Source: Haliotis cracherodii | Taxonomy: Eukaryota | Assembly (NCBI RefSeq): GCF_022045235.1 | Contig: NW_027266319.1 | Span: 47,120,001-47,184,000, forward strand | Direction: 5' to 3' | Length of the DNA: 64,000 nucleotides | In this document: one piece after another, positions 50,601 through 62,700 of the stretch | How positions within the stretch are numbered: position 1 is the first letter of the stretch | How the letters are laid out: each line of letters opens with the position of its first letter | Made by a program: the position numbers and the translations under genes | The notes under the pieces: model-generated | Seen by the model: the letters and a program-made list of their open reading frames with translations, nothing else | The model's database searches: none | Told to the model about the DNA's origin: nothing

Positions 50601-52684
50601 GATGTGGGACCTGATGTCAGTTATCCTCACCAGGGGTGTCTTAAAGTGCAGGCTTGTAATCGTATGTGGGTCCTGATGTCAGTTATCCGCACCAGAGCTG
50701 TGTTAAGGTGCTGGATGGTAATGGGATGTGGGTCCTGATGTCAGTTATCCGCACAAGGGCTTTCTCAAAGTGCAGGATCGTATTGGGATTTGGATCCTGA
50801 TGTCAGTTATCCGCACCATGGCTGTGTTAAGGTGCAGGATCGTATTGGGATGTAGGTCCTAATGTCAGTTATCAACACCAAGGCTATCTTTAAGTGAAGG
50901 ATCGTAATGGGATGTGGGTCCTGATGTCAGTTATCCACGCCCAGGCTGTCTCAAAGTACAGGATCGTATTGGTATGTGGGTCCTGATATCAGTTGTCCGC
51001 ACCATGGCTGTCTCAAAGTGCACGATCGTAATAGGATGTGGGTCCTGATGTCAGTTACCCGCACCAGGGGTGTCTTAAAATGTAGGATCGTATTGGGATG
51101 TGGGACCTGATGTCAGTTATCCTCACCAGGGGTGTCTTAAAGTGCAGGCTTGTAATCGTATGTGGGTCCTGATGTCAGTTATCCGCACCAGGGCTGTGTT
51201 AATGTGCTGGATCGTAATGGAATTTGGATCCTGATATCAGTTATCCGCACCAGGGCTGTCTTTAAGTGCATGATCTTATTGGGATGTGCGTCCTGATGTC
51301 AGTGATCCGCACCAGGACTGTCTTTAAGTGAAGGATCATAATGGGATGTGGGTCCTGATGTCAGTTATCTGCACAATCGTTGTCTTAAAGTGCAGGATCG
51401 TATTGGGATGTGGGTCCTGATGTCAGTTATCAACACCAGGGCTGTCTTTAAGTGCAGGATCGTAATGGGATTTGGGTCCTGATGTCAGTTATACACGCCC
51501 GGGCTGTCTTAAAGTGCAGGATCGTAATGGGATGTGGGTCCTGATGTCAGTTATACACGCCCGGGCTGTCTTAAAGTGCAGGATCGTAATGGGATGTGGG
51601 TCATTATATCAGTTATCCGCACCATCGCTGTCTTAAACTTCAGGATCGTAATGGGATGTGGGTCCTGATGTCAGTTACCCGCACCAGGGCTGTCTTAAAG
51701 TGCAGGATCGTATTAGGATGTGGGTGCTGATTTCAGTTATCCGCAAGAGGGCTGTCTTAAAGTGTAGGATCGTAATGGGATGTGGGTCCTTATATTAGTT
51801 ATCCGCACCAGGGCTGTCTTTAAGTGCATGATCTTATTGGGATGTGCGTCCTGATGTCAGTGATCCGCACCAGGACTGTCTTTAAGTGAAGGATCGTAAT
51901 GGGATGTGGGTCCTGATGTCAGTTATCTGCACAATCGTTGTCTTAAAGTGCAGGATCGTATTGGGATGTGGGTCCTGATGTCAGTTATCAACACCAGGGC
52001 TGTCTTTAAGTGAAGGATCGTAATGGGATGTGGGTCCTGATGTCAGTTATACACGCCCGGGCCGTCTTAAAGTGCAGGATCGTAACGGGATGTGGGTTCT
52101 GATGTCAGTTATACACGCCCGGGCTGTATTAAAGTGCAGGATCGTAATGGGATGTGGGTCATTATATCAGTTATCCGCACCATCGCTGTCTTAAACTTCA
52201 GGGTGCCGTTTCACGAAAGCCTCTTAGCGCTACGACCTCCTAAGCGCTACGACGCGGTTTACGACCCTCTTTAGGATCTCCTTACGACCGTTTCACGAAA
52301 GCATCTTAACAACATCGTAAAGTCAGTCTTACACTAGGACGTCGCAAGACCTTACGACATCGTATTTAACATAGCAACGGGACCCGGAAGTGAAAGGGCA
52401 CCTGTCAATTTGATCGGCTGATGATCGATCGGCATCGTTTTCACATGGAGACAGTTCCCTATACAGAGATTTAAAAGGTAAGCATGGCCTGAAAGCATAC
52501 TACTATTCAGAAATTGGTCGTAATCATATATTTCCAGAATAAAAGATCAATATTCGGGAGATTATTTGAAGATTAATCTATTTAACTCTTCTTCCTTGAA
52601 AATAAGAACGAAGCATGATTAGAGTTACTCCCCCTTTCGGCCAAGCAGACGTCAATCTTGTCCTGCGAGAAAATTTAGCATATT

Positions 52685-55344
52685 ATGGACGCATCAACCA
52701 ATAGCAAAAAGCGGAAAAGAAATTTTGGACCCGGCGAAATTGAAGTACTCTTAACCGGCGTGGAAGCGAATATTGACACACTAAATTCGTCATTCACGAA
52801 TTCTGTCACAAATGCCTCTAAGAAGAAAATATGGTCAGACATCACTCAAAAGTAAGTCCATGTTTCTCGTGAGACGTTGACAATTGAGTGTACATAAAGC
52901 GTCCCTAAAATGTAAATATCAATACCAATAATTGAAAAAGATTTATGTAATAAAACATTATTTCACAAATAATGAAATAGAAAAAGAATCCCACACGATG
53001 CTTAGATTTCAAGTAATGCTATGATGAAGCATCAGACCAGGAAACACATGTAAGAGAAAAAGACACAAATAGGAAAATACTTATTCAGATTTGTTTGTCA
53101 AAAAAGGCAAATTTAACTGTTTTAGAATCAATGCAAGTGGCACTGCGGCAAGAAACGAGGAGGAGATACGAAAAAAGTGGACAGATCTTAAGGCAGCAGT
53201 TAAAAAGGCAGAAAGTGGAAGGAGGGAAAACCAAAGAAAAACCGGTGGGGGGCCACCCCCTGATGAACTCTCCTCAATGGAAAAAAGGGTAAATAAAATA
53301 TTTCAGTGATACACTTTTTCAGTACATAATGATATGTACTATCATGAAATCACACAAAAGACATAATTTTCTTAGGAATAAATTATCATTTGCTTTTATT
53401 CTAGATCCTACAGTTGATTCCTCGATGTGCAGTGGAGGGGATTCCTGGAGGCATTGAATCACCAGGTAATATTGAATATTCAAATGGAAATTGATTTTTC
53501 CTGATATCTCACCCAGATCTTCACGGGTCCCATGATATGTACATTCACAAGTATCACATTTGTAACATTTACATAAAGAAACAAAATATTTATTTTCATA
53601 CAATACATAGGAATTACAAATCATATTACTCAGCTAAAGTCAATGTGGTTGAAGAAGAAAAATTATTAACTAAACATAAATGTGTTTTCTTCAAATATTT
53701 CACACATATTGATACTATTTCCAATCAATAATATATCCTGCAATTGTTTCAGTTCCAGATTTTAGGGAGGAATCCAACTGTACTTTTGGCTCAGGGACAC
53801 AGGCCGAAGAAATAGGTAAAATAAATCATTCACCTGAAAATTTTAAATTTGCACTTGATATTTTTTCATTTACACAGTGGAATAAATAGAGAATCTCACC
53901 CAAGTGTCTTTTGATATCAAATATATCCACACGAGTTGATAAAAGTGGGAAAACTTCGAGGCTCGCCGAGGATTTTTTCCACTGTTATCAATGAGTGTTG
54001 ATATATTTGATATCAAAAGATACAGTGTAGATATCGCTTGATCTCACCCAAGCGATATCTCCTGTGGGAGCCAGTTTTGGGCCATAAAGGTAACTATAGC
54101 ATTTCTTCACTGAACATACTGAAAACAAAATAAATAAAGCATGTTGCTTAAATGTATATTATCTCTGTTGCATTATTTACATCCTGAGTTAATTACAATT
54201 GAATCTCTATTTCAGAAGTAGATATGTGTCTTGGCATGGCTGTTGATGCCTTCGAAAATGACAGCCAAACTGCCTTAACACCAAACTCAGGTAAAATTTA
54301 TAAATAATAGTAAAACCTTAAAAAGAACTTGTTGTTTATTCTAGATGTACACATTAACATGAAACTAACATAGAAATTAGTGACAATAAATGTCAGAGTT
54401 CTGTCAAGTAGGAAATTTTTAACGAATTGGGTAGAAAGAGTGAGCTCAGATTCCTATAAATGTTTCCATGACTAAAAATTTTATAACAAACAAATGCAAT
54501 ATTATTAACGAAATATTCCTATGCTAACATCAATCCAGAAATCCTCACTATCTTTTAATATGTACTGAATTACATGTAAGCCTATCCAATATATCTTACA
54601 GAGGCACAGAGCTGTCTTCCAGAACCAGCTTGTAAGTACACTTAAGTTTCCATACTTCTGAAGAAACTTATAATCACATTTATTACATCATGTTTTTTTT
54701 ATTGTAATACATCAATTGTTAAATGGCTCAGCGATTACTGTTATCCCAAATCTCAATCAGTTCATAGACCATTTACCAGTCATGTTAAAATGCGAAAATA
54801 TTCATTCACTGTAATCAGTAACAGGAAGTTGTGTTTTGTGAACAGCACTCTCTTTCAGTCATCCTTTCAATGTATATACACATAATGTATAATTATGTTA
54901 CAGCAGCATCAAACAACCAAGCCACCCCATCCCATAGAGCTACTTGTGGAAATATCAGGAAGAGATTATCACAATCAGTTCAAGGTAAATAATAATATTA
55001 ACCTTCACTTAACAATTATAATTTAATTAAATAATTCCTTAAATTTTGATATAAAATATCCTTAAGACATAGCTTTATGGTGTCCAAGAGTGAATGACCC
55101 AATTAACAAAGTTGTCACACTGAATGGAATAAATAATCTTTGTTTGACAGATAAAGGGGATGACTACATGAAGACCCTGTCCGGGTATGAAGACAGGAAA
55201 GGGCAGCTCCTTGAGGGCATTCTGTGTGAGCTGAAGTCCCTCAGAGAGATTCAGCAGGAGAGGCTCAACCTGGAACGAGAAAAATTTCAGTTCATGCAAA
55301 CCATGGACAGTAACAGCTTGCTGTCTTCAATCATTAAATTTTAA
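52685..55344 (+). CDS. Harbinger Myb/SANT-like DNA-binding protein (NAIF1/MSANTD-like), 277 aa; exons 52685-52851, 53126-53288, 53405-53465, 53753-53815, 54216-54290, 54602-54631, 54904-54984, 55151-55344
   Basis: All introns GT-AG and in phase, total 834 nt; KKRKRNF...EIEVLL...KKKIWSDIT.KINA...EIRKKWTDLK...KTGGGPPP; C-terminal coiled coil. Confidence 0.92.
53905..54024. other. ~120-bp imperfect palindrome (foldback, MITE-like) in Myb intron 4
   Basis: TGTCTTTTGATATCAAATATATC...GATATATTTGATATCAAAAGATACA arms around a CGAGGCTCGCCGAG centre. Confidence 0.8.
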
Positions 55345-55391
55345 ATACATGAACCATAATAATTATTGAAATAAAAGCAGCTTTAATCATT

Positions 55392-57293
55392 CTAAATAGA
55401 TCGTGTGTTTTTTGTCATACTTGAAAATCTAGACTGGATGAGAAGTCTCCTGATTTGATTTCCATCATCACTAGGGGCCTGCTGATGAGCTGTGTGGTTC
55501 TCATCACCTCCTATACCAGTGTCAGGTGTGTCGTGGGGAACTGGAAGTCTTAGGCTTACTGCCAGGTTGTGAAGCTGCATACATGCAGTGATGACAGCTA
55601 TGCATTTTTCGGGTTCAAATAACAGGCATCCCGAGGATTTGTGCAAGCACCTGTAAAATAAGTTGTGTCTCAGAATCTGACATCACTGGCTACATTAGTA
55701 ATTACTGTAAATTAACATTAGTCATTCAAGAATACTTTCTTATAGAACCCCAAAATAACATGTATATACTTACCTAAATCTTGATTTGCATACTCCAAAG
55801 GCCCTCTCTATGGTGTTGCGGGTACCAATGTGGGCCCTATTGTACCTCTCCTCACTGGAGTTAGCTGGGTTCAGTACTGGGGTCAGTAGATGCGGTTTAC
55901 ATGCATATCTGTAACAGCATGATGTATTATTTATTTTCAGAGCATGTTTAATTTTCATATAACAAACGTATTCAGAACCATTGTTTTACTTCTTACATGT
56001 CATTGTAAACATATACAGGGGAATGATAGTAATTCTTTAACATCTTTATTTTTTTCCTGTTTTCTCTTGCAGTCACCACTCACATATGTTCTACAAAAAA
56101 TTCAATTTGATCTACTATATAAGCAAAATGGTTGATTGGAAAGGTTTCAGGGTGAGATAATATGTAAGGAATCAGATTTATGGATTGCTTACTTTGATAC
56201 AGACAAGTCATTATCCATATTTAGGCAAGAGAACTCATGTTGAATATCATCAATGTTTTTACCCTGAATCACCAAGCAGCCATCCGTCTGGTTTTTCTTC
56301 CTCCAAAGCTCTCTTTAGTGAACAGTTGTTGTAGATGTGGGCATCATGGGTTGCCCCTGGCCACAAGACAACAACATTGGTGAAACTGGAAAACAAATTT
56401 AACAATTATCTCTAGCTACTGTTTGCTTATAATAAGGTTTATCGAGATAAGAAATCCCCTTCCTTAGTTATTATTTTAAAAAAAACCATATTATTCATGT
56501 TAATTAATTATTATTGAAAAAAAAAAATTCAGAATTAGTTTCTACATTATTTCTTTAAACATTGACATGATTATAGAGTAAAACGTTATAAATTTATTAC
56601 CAAAGTACATAGGGTATGGATTACATTTAGTAGTTAAACTCTATTATCGAGCGCCGCCAATTATTACTTCATAAAGTCTTGGCAAGGCTATGAACAACAT
56701 TTCCGGTAAAGGGATCAAGGACGTGTTATTTATAGTTACCGAAGTTTCGCGTCGCACACTGCCTGAACATTGACAGCGTGGTATCCTTTTCGTGATACAT
56801 AGGCGACCTCGTCTACTTTAGGCCTCTGTATAGGGATGAGAGTGCAGTCAATACATCCAAGAACCTTTGGGAAACCACAGATTTGGTGGAATTCTTCCAT
56901 AAGTTGTCTGTGCTTGGCCAGTGCTGGAAAATGTATCAGTCGGACGGTACGGAGAATGGCGGACGTGGTATCGGCAAGTACTCTGGAAACGCTTGACTTG
57001 CTAACTCCGTGAATGTCGCCGATCTCGCTGTAAAGGCCCCCTTTAGCAAAGTATCTCAAGGTACACAACACTTGGACCTCTGTAGATAGTGCACGTGAAC
57101 GCTGAGTCGGTCGAGACAGTTGTTCATCAACTCGATTCACCAGTTCAATGATGACATGTCTCGGGAATCGATATCGCGAAATCAAATCAATATCATCTAA
57201 AACATCTAGTGCCCGACTTCTGTCCCTGAAAACACGTTCTCTCCTGATACCATTTCTGTTAATAATTTCTAAAAGGAATGCATGTGTCGCCAT
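55392..57293 (-). CDS. Harbinger DDE transposase (HARBI1-like), 356 aa; exons 57293-56740, 56385-56263, 55908-55774, 55650-55392
   Basis: Three phase-2 GT-AG introns, total 1071 nt, no stops; RYRF, HTH, GCIDCT (D), [28 protein letters not shown] (D), [15 protein letters not shown] (E), LHN. Confidence 0.96.
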
Positions 57294-59799
57294 GATGGTT
57301 TGAATTTGCGAGGTCGTAACTACATTAGGAGAGCCCTAGGGCTGTCGTAGATTTAGGGTGAATTTACGACGTGGTGTAAACTAAGAGGTCTTTGTGAAAC
57401 GGCCTTAAAAGTTATGACATGGTTTACGACGTGGTTTAGGAGGTCGTAGCGCTAAGAGGCTTTCGTGAAACGGCACCCAGGATCGTAATGGGATGTGGGT
57501 CCTGATGTCAGTTACCCGCACCAGGGCTGTCTTAAAGTGCAGGATCGTATTGGGATGTGGGTGCTGATTTCAGTTATCCGCAAGAGGGCTGTCTTAAAGT
57601 GTAGGATCGTAATGGGATGTGGGTCCTTATATCAGTTATCCGCACCAGGGCTGTGTTAAGGTGCTGGATCGGAATGGGATGTGGGTCCTGTTGTCAGTTA
57701 TCCACACCATTGCTGTCTTAAAGTGCAGGATCGTAATGGGATGTAGGTCCTAATGTCAGTTATCAACACCAAGGCTGTGTCAGTTATCCACACCACGGAT
57801 GTCGTTAAGTTCAGGATCATAATGGGATGTGGGTCCTGATGGCAGTCATCTGCACCAGGGCTCTGTTAAGGTGCAGGATCGTATTGGGATATGGGTCCTG
57901 ATATCAGTTATCCACACCAGGGATGTTGTAAAGTTCAGGATTGTAATGGGATCTGGGACCTGATGTCAGTTATCCGCACCAGAGCTGTGTTAAGGTGCTG
58001 GATGGTAATGGGATGTGGGTCCTGATGTCAGTTATCCGCACAAGGGCTTTCTCAAAGTGCAGGATCGTATTGGGATTTGGATCCTGATGTCAGTTATCCG
58101 CACCATGGCTGTGTTAAGGTGCAGGATCGTATTGGGATGTAGGTCCTAATGTCAGTTATCAACACCAAGGCTATCTTTAAGTGAAGGATCGTAATGGGAT
58201 GTGGGTCCTGATGTCAGTTATCCACGCCCAGGCTGTCTCAAAGTACAGGATCGTATTGGTATGTGGGTCCTGATATCAGTTGTCCGCACCATGGCTGTCT
58301 CAAAGTGCACGATCGTAATAGGATGTGGGTCCTGATGTCAGTTACCCGCACCAGGGGTGTCTTAAAATGTAGGATCGTATTGGGATGTGGGACCTGATGT
58401 CAGTTATCCTCACCAGGGGTGTCTTAAAGTGCAGGCTTGTAATCGTATGTGGGTCCTGATGTCAGTTATCCGCACCAGGGCTGTGTTAATGTGCTGGATC
58501 GTAATGGAATTTGGATCCTGATATCAGTTATCCACACCAGGGCTATCTTTAAGTGCATGATCTTATTGGGATGTGCGTCCTGATGTCAGTGATCCGCACC
58601 AGGACTGTCTTTAAGTGAAGGATCGTAATGGGATGTGGGTCCTGATGTCAGTTATCTGCACAATCGTTGTCTTAAAGTGCAGGATCGTAATGGGATGTGG
58701 GTCCTGATGTCAGTTACCCGCACCAGGGCTGTCTTAAAGTACAGGATCGTATTGGGATGTGGGTGCTGATTTCAGTTATCCGCAAGAGGGCTGTCTTAAA
58801 GTGTAGGATCGTAATGGGATGTGGGTCCTTATATCAGTTATCTGCACCAGGGCTGTGTTAAGGTGCTGGATCGGAATGGGATGTGGGTCCTGATGTCAGT
58901 TATCCGCACCATTGCTGTCTTAAAGTGCAGGATCGTATTGGGATGTAGGTCCTAATGTCAGTTATCAACACCAAGGCTATGTCAGTTATCCACACCACGG
59001 ATGTCGTTAAGTTCAGGATCATAATGGGATGTGGGTCCTGATGGCAGTCATCTGCACCAGGGCTCTGTTAAGGTGCAGGATCGTATTGGGATATGGGTCC
59101 TGATATCAGTTATCCACACCAGGGATGTTGTAAAGTTCAGGATTGTAATGGGATCTGGGACCTGATGTCAGTTATCCGCACCAGAGCTGTGTTAAGGTGC
59201 TGGATGGTAATGGGATGTGGGTCCTGATGTCAGTTATCCGCACAAGGGCTTTCTCAAAGTGCAGGATCGTATTGGGATTTGGATCCTGATGTCAGTTATC
59301 CGCACCATGGCTGTGTTAAGGTGCAGGATCGTAATGGGATGTGGGTCCAGATGTCAGTTATCCGCACCATGGCTGTGTGAAGGTGCAGGATCATAATGGG
59401 ATGTGGGTCCTGATGTCAGTTATCCGCACCATGGCTGTCTCAAAGTGCAGGATCGTAATGGGACGTGGGTCCTGATGTCAGTTATCCGCCCCATGGCTGT
59501 CTCAAAGTGCAGGATCGTAATGGGACGTTGGTCCTGATGTCAGTTATCCGCACCAGGGTACCGTTTAACAAAGCAGTCGTAAATTTACACGCTCGTAGAT
59601 TTCACGCCATATTTGCGCAATGTTTACGCCTTAGTCTAAGACTGTTTCACAAAGCTACACTAAAACTGGCGTAACCTCGGCCAACTTACACGCACGTAAA
59701 AAATACGATTGGAGCTCTTTCCCTTTGTGAGGTAGGAAAATCCGCACTAGAGTTGTCTACCGTGGCAGGTGCTCTGAGCAGACGACGAAGTGCAATAAA

Positions 59800-62700
59800 A
59801 TGGAGGACATTTGCGACAAGAAATCGAGGAAGAGAAACCTTTTGGCCACAGAAGGCGAAATTCTTACAGAAAAAGTTGGCAGCAATTCAGATGTGTTGTT
59901 TTCATCTCTTTCTTCTTGCATCACAAACAATCGGAAGAAGAAGATATGGGAGGATATTCTGACAAAGTGAGTGCATTTCACGGCATTGAACCCACATCTG
60001 TCATATGAAGGATGTGTTTTATTTGGAAGTGATAGACCTATGCCATTTAGAGTTATCGCGCTTCTTGTTAAGCTGAAGTAAACAAATAGCGATAAAAGGT
60101 GACTGTAGATCTACTTGAACTTGCAAAATTTGAAAAGGTGGGAATTATTGTTATTGCTAGGGATACAGATCTGAAATATTGTGCATAAGTGCATATACAT
60201 GTATGCACACATATAAGAGGTCGCGGAAGTATCACTATTTTCACATTATAAAACAAATTGCATATAGACTAAACATAAATTTCCTAAATGTCCATCTCAG
60301 TGATTAGGAACAAAAAACGCCAGAATCACATATTTTTAAACATCTTCATATTTAATGGTAGACAACAACAAGGCAATTGTCAAACATGGGTGACATCGAG
60401 CAAAACATTATAATTTTGAAATAATTTTTGTTAACAGGATCAACGCCAATAACACAGAGGTAAGGACTGTGCCTCAGCTGAAAAAGAAATGTCAGGACCT
60501 CAGGGCTGCAGCCAAGAAGAAGGAGGTGACAAGGAGGAAGGAGAGTGTGAGAACTGGTGGAGGTGGCCCTACTACACAACTCACTACTGTTGAACAGAAG
60601 GTATGAAACACAACAGGAAGAATATGTCAGATCATATGTAATAGTCTATATGCGAAAATGCATGACATATGGATTATGCATGAACATATGGATTGGGCCA
60701 GAAATTGTGATATGATACCTAGACAAACAAATGTTACCTCTCTTAGTTATTTGTGTTATATATAAAAAGCTTAAATTTACTTTATTTCTACTGGCATAGG
60801 AGAAATATTTATGCAAAATACTGATACCATTTAGTTATCCCCCGCCGCGCGAAAGCGCGAAGCGGGGGATATAGTATTCACGACCGTCCGTACGTCCGTC
60901 CGTACGTCCGTCCGTACGTCCCACCTGTTTGTTGCCGCGATATCTCAAGAACTAAACACTGGATTGTCTTCATATTTGGAACTATGGTGTATATACAGAC
61001 TCCGCAGACACCAGTCGGTTTTGGTGACCTTGACCCCATTTTCAAGGTCACAGCAGGCATATCTGCTTTTGGAGTTGGAAAACGGTGTTGCCGCAATATC
61101 TCAAGAACTAATCTCTGGAATGTCTTCATATTTGGAACTATGGTGTATATACAGACTCCGCAGACACCAGTCGGTTTTGGTGACCTTGACCCCATTTTCA
61201 AGGTCACAGCAGGCATATCTGCTTTTGGAGTTGGAAAACGGTGTTGCCGCAATATCTCAAGAACTAATCTCTGGATTGTCTTCATATTTGGAACTATGGT
61301 GTATATACAGACTCCGCAGACACCAGTTGGTTTTAGTGACCTTGACCCCATTTTCAAGGTCACAGCAGGCATATCTGCTTTTGGAGTTGGAAAACGGTGT
61401 TGCCGCAATATCTCAAGAACTAATCTCTGGAATGTCTTCATATTTGGAACTATGGTGTATATACAGACTCCGCAGACACCAGTCGGTTTTGGTGACCTTG
61501 ACCCCATTTTCAAGGTCACAGCAGGCATATCTGCTTTTGGAGTTGGAAAACGGTGTTGCCGCAATATCTCAAGAACTAATCTCTGGATTGTCTTCATATT
61601 TGTAACTATGGTGTATATACAGACTCCGCAGACACCAGTCAGTTTTGGTGACCTTGACCCCATTTTCAAGGTCACAGCAGGCAAATCTGCTTTTGGAGTT
61701 AGAAAACAGTGTTGCCGCGATATCTCAAGAACTAATCTCTGGATTGTCTTCATATTTGGAACTATAGTGTATATACAGACACCGCATACACCTGTCAGAT
61801 TTGGTGACCTTGACCCCATTTTCAAGGTCACAGCAGGCAAATCTGTTTTTGGAGTTGGAAAACGGTGTTGCCACAATATCTCAAGAACTAATCGCTGGAT
61901 TGTCTTCATATTTGGTACTATGGTGTACAGGCGGGGGATATTTCGTCACTCTGTGACAAATACTTGTGTTTCTAGGTTTATCAGCACTATACCTGTGCTC
62001 GTGGGTTTCACCAAAGTGGTAAATATCTGAGACCTGCATCACTTCGAGCTTTCCTCCCACATTAAGCTGACATGCCGCGATATTACTTGAATACTGTTAA
62101 AAGCGGCGTTAAACCCAACTAATTCACAGACTAGTTCATAAGTTGGATCACATCCAGGGTGACTGATACATTGTCTTCATCTGTATCACATCCAGGGTTA
62201 CTAGACTGACCAGTACAGCTGTCTCTAGTTATTTACTTGTTTCATATTTCATGAAGTAACTGTGTTCTTCATTTCTTTAATTATAGATTGTGAGTTTGAT
62301 TCCTCCTTGCCAGATTGAAGGAATTGCTGGAGGATTTGATTCGGGAGGTAAATATTTCCACGCCATTCCTCTTAACAGTGCTGATTTAAGAATAGTGACT
62401 GTGGTTCACAAACCATATAAATGGTTTTTTTCATTATCTTCATGGCCATTGATATGCTCCCAGATAAGCAAATTTACATAAGTCATCATTCATGTGTTGA
62501 ACCATTTATATTTCAAGTTGATGGGTCTTTTCTGGACTATGCTTTGGAGGCTGATCCTGATATGAGCACAGTAGCAATGGCTACATCTTCATTAACCGGT
62601 GACTTTAATGGTAGGCATTAATTAAAAATAATACACAAAAATAAATTTTTGGAATGTTTGTGACTTTATGTATTAAATAATTTGAGATAAAGCATTATAA

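Larger units (their letters stand above)
52202..57477. mobile_element. Complete autonomous PIF/Harbinger transposon (5276 bp)
   Basis: Perfect 42-bp TIRs GGTGCCGTTTCACGAAAGCCTCTTAGCGCTACGACCTCCTAA; 3-bp TSD CAG (52199-52201, 57478-57480); two convergent genes. Confidence 0.98.
48505..59556. repeat. 62-bp satellite (CAGGATCGTAATGGGATGTGGGTCCTGATGTCAGTTATCCGCACCAGGGCTGTCTTAAAGTG), blocks 48505-52201 and 57478-59556, interrupted by Harbinger elements
   Basis: The unit resumes in register across the Harbinger insertion; higher-order blocks are present. Confidence 0.97.

Noticed and set aside
48505-52200. Hammerhead ribozyme in the satellite (CTGATG core)
   Set aside because: The sequence is CTGATGT, not CUGANGA, and there is no matching GAAA or stem arrangement.
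60878-62030. 343- and 348-aa ORFs on both strands
   Set aside because: In-frame 156-bp HINE core repeats; not protein-coding.
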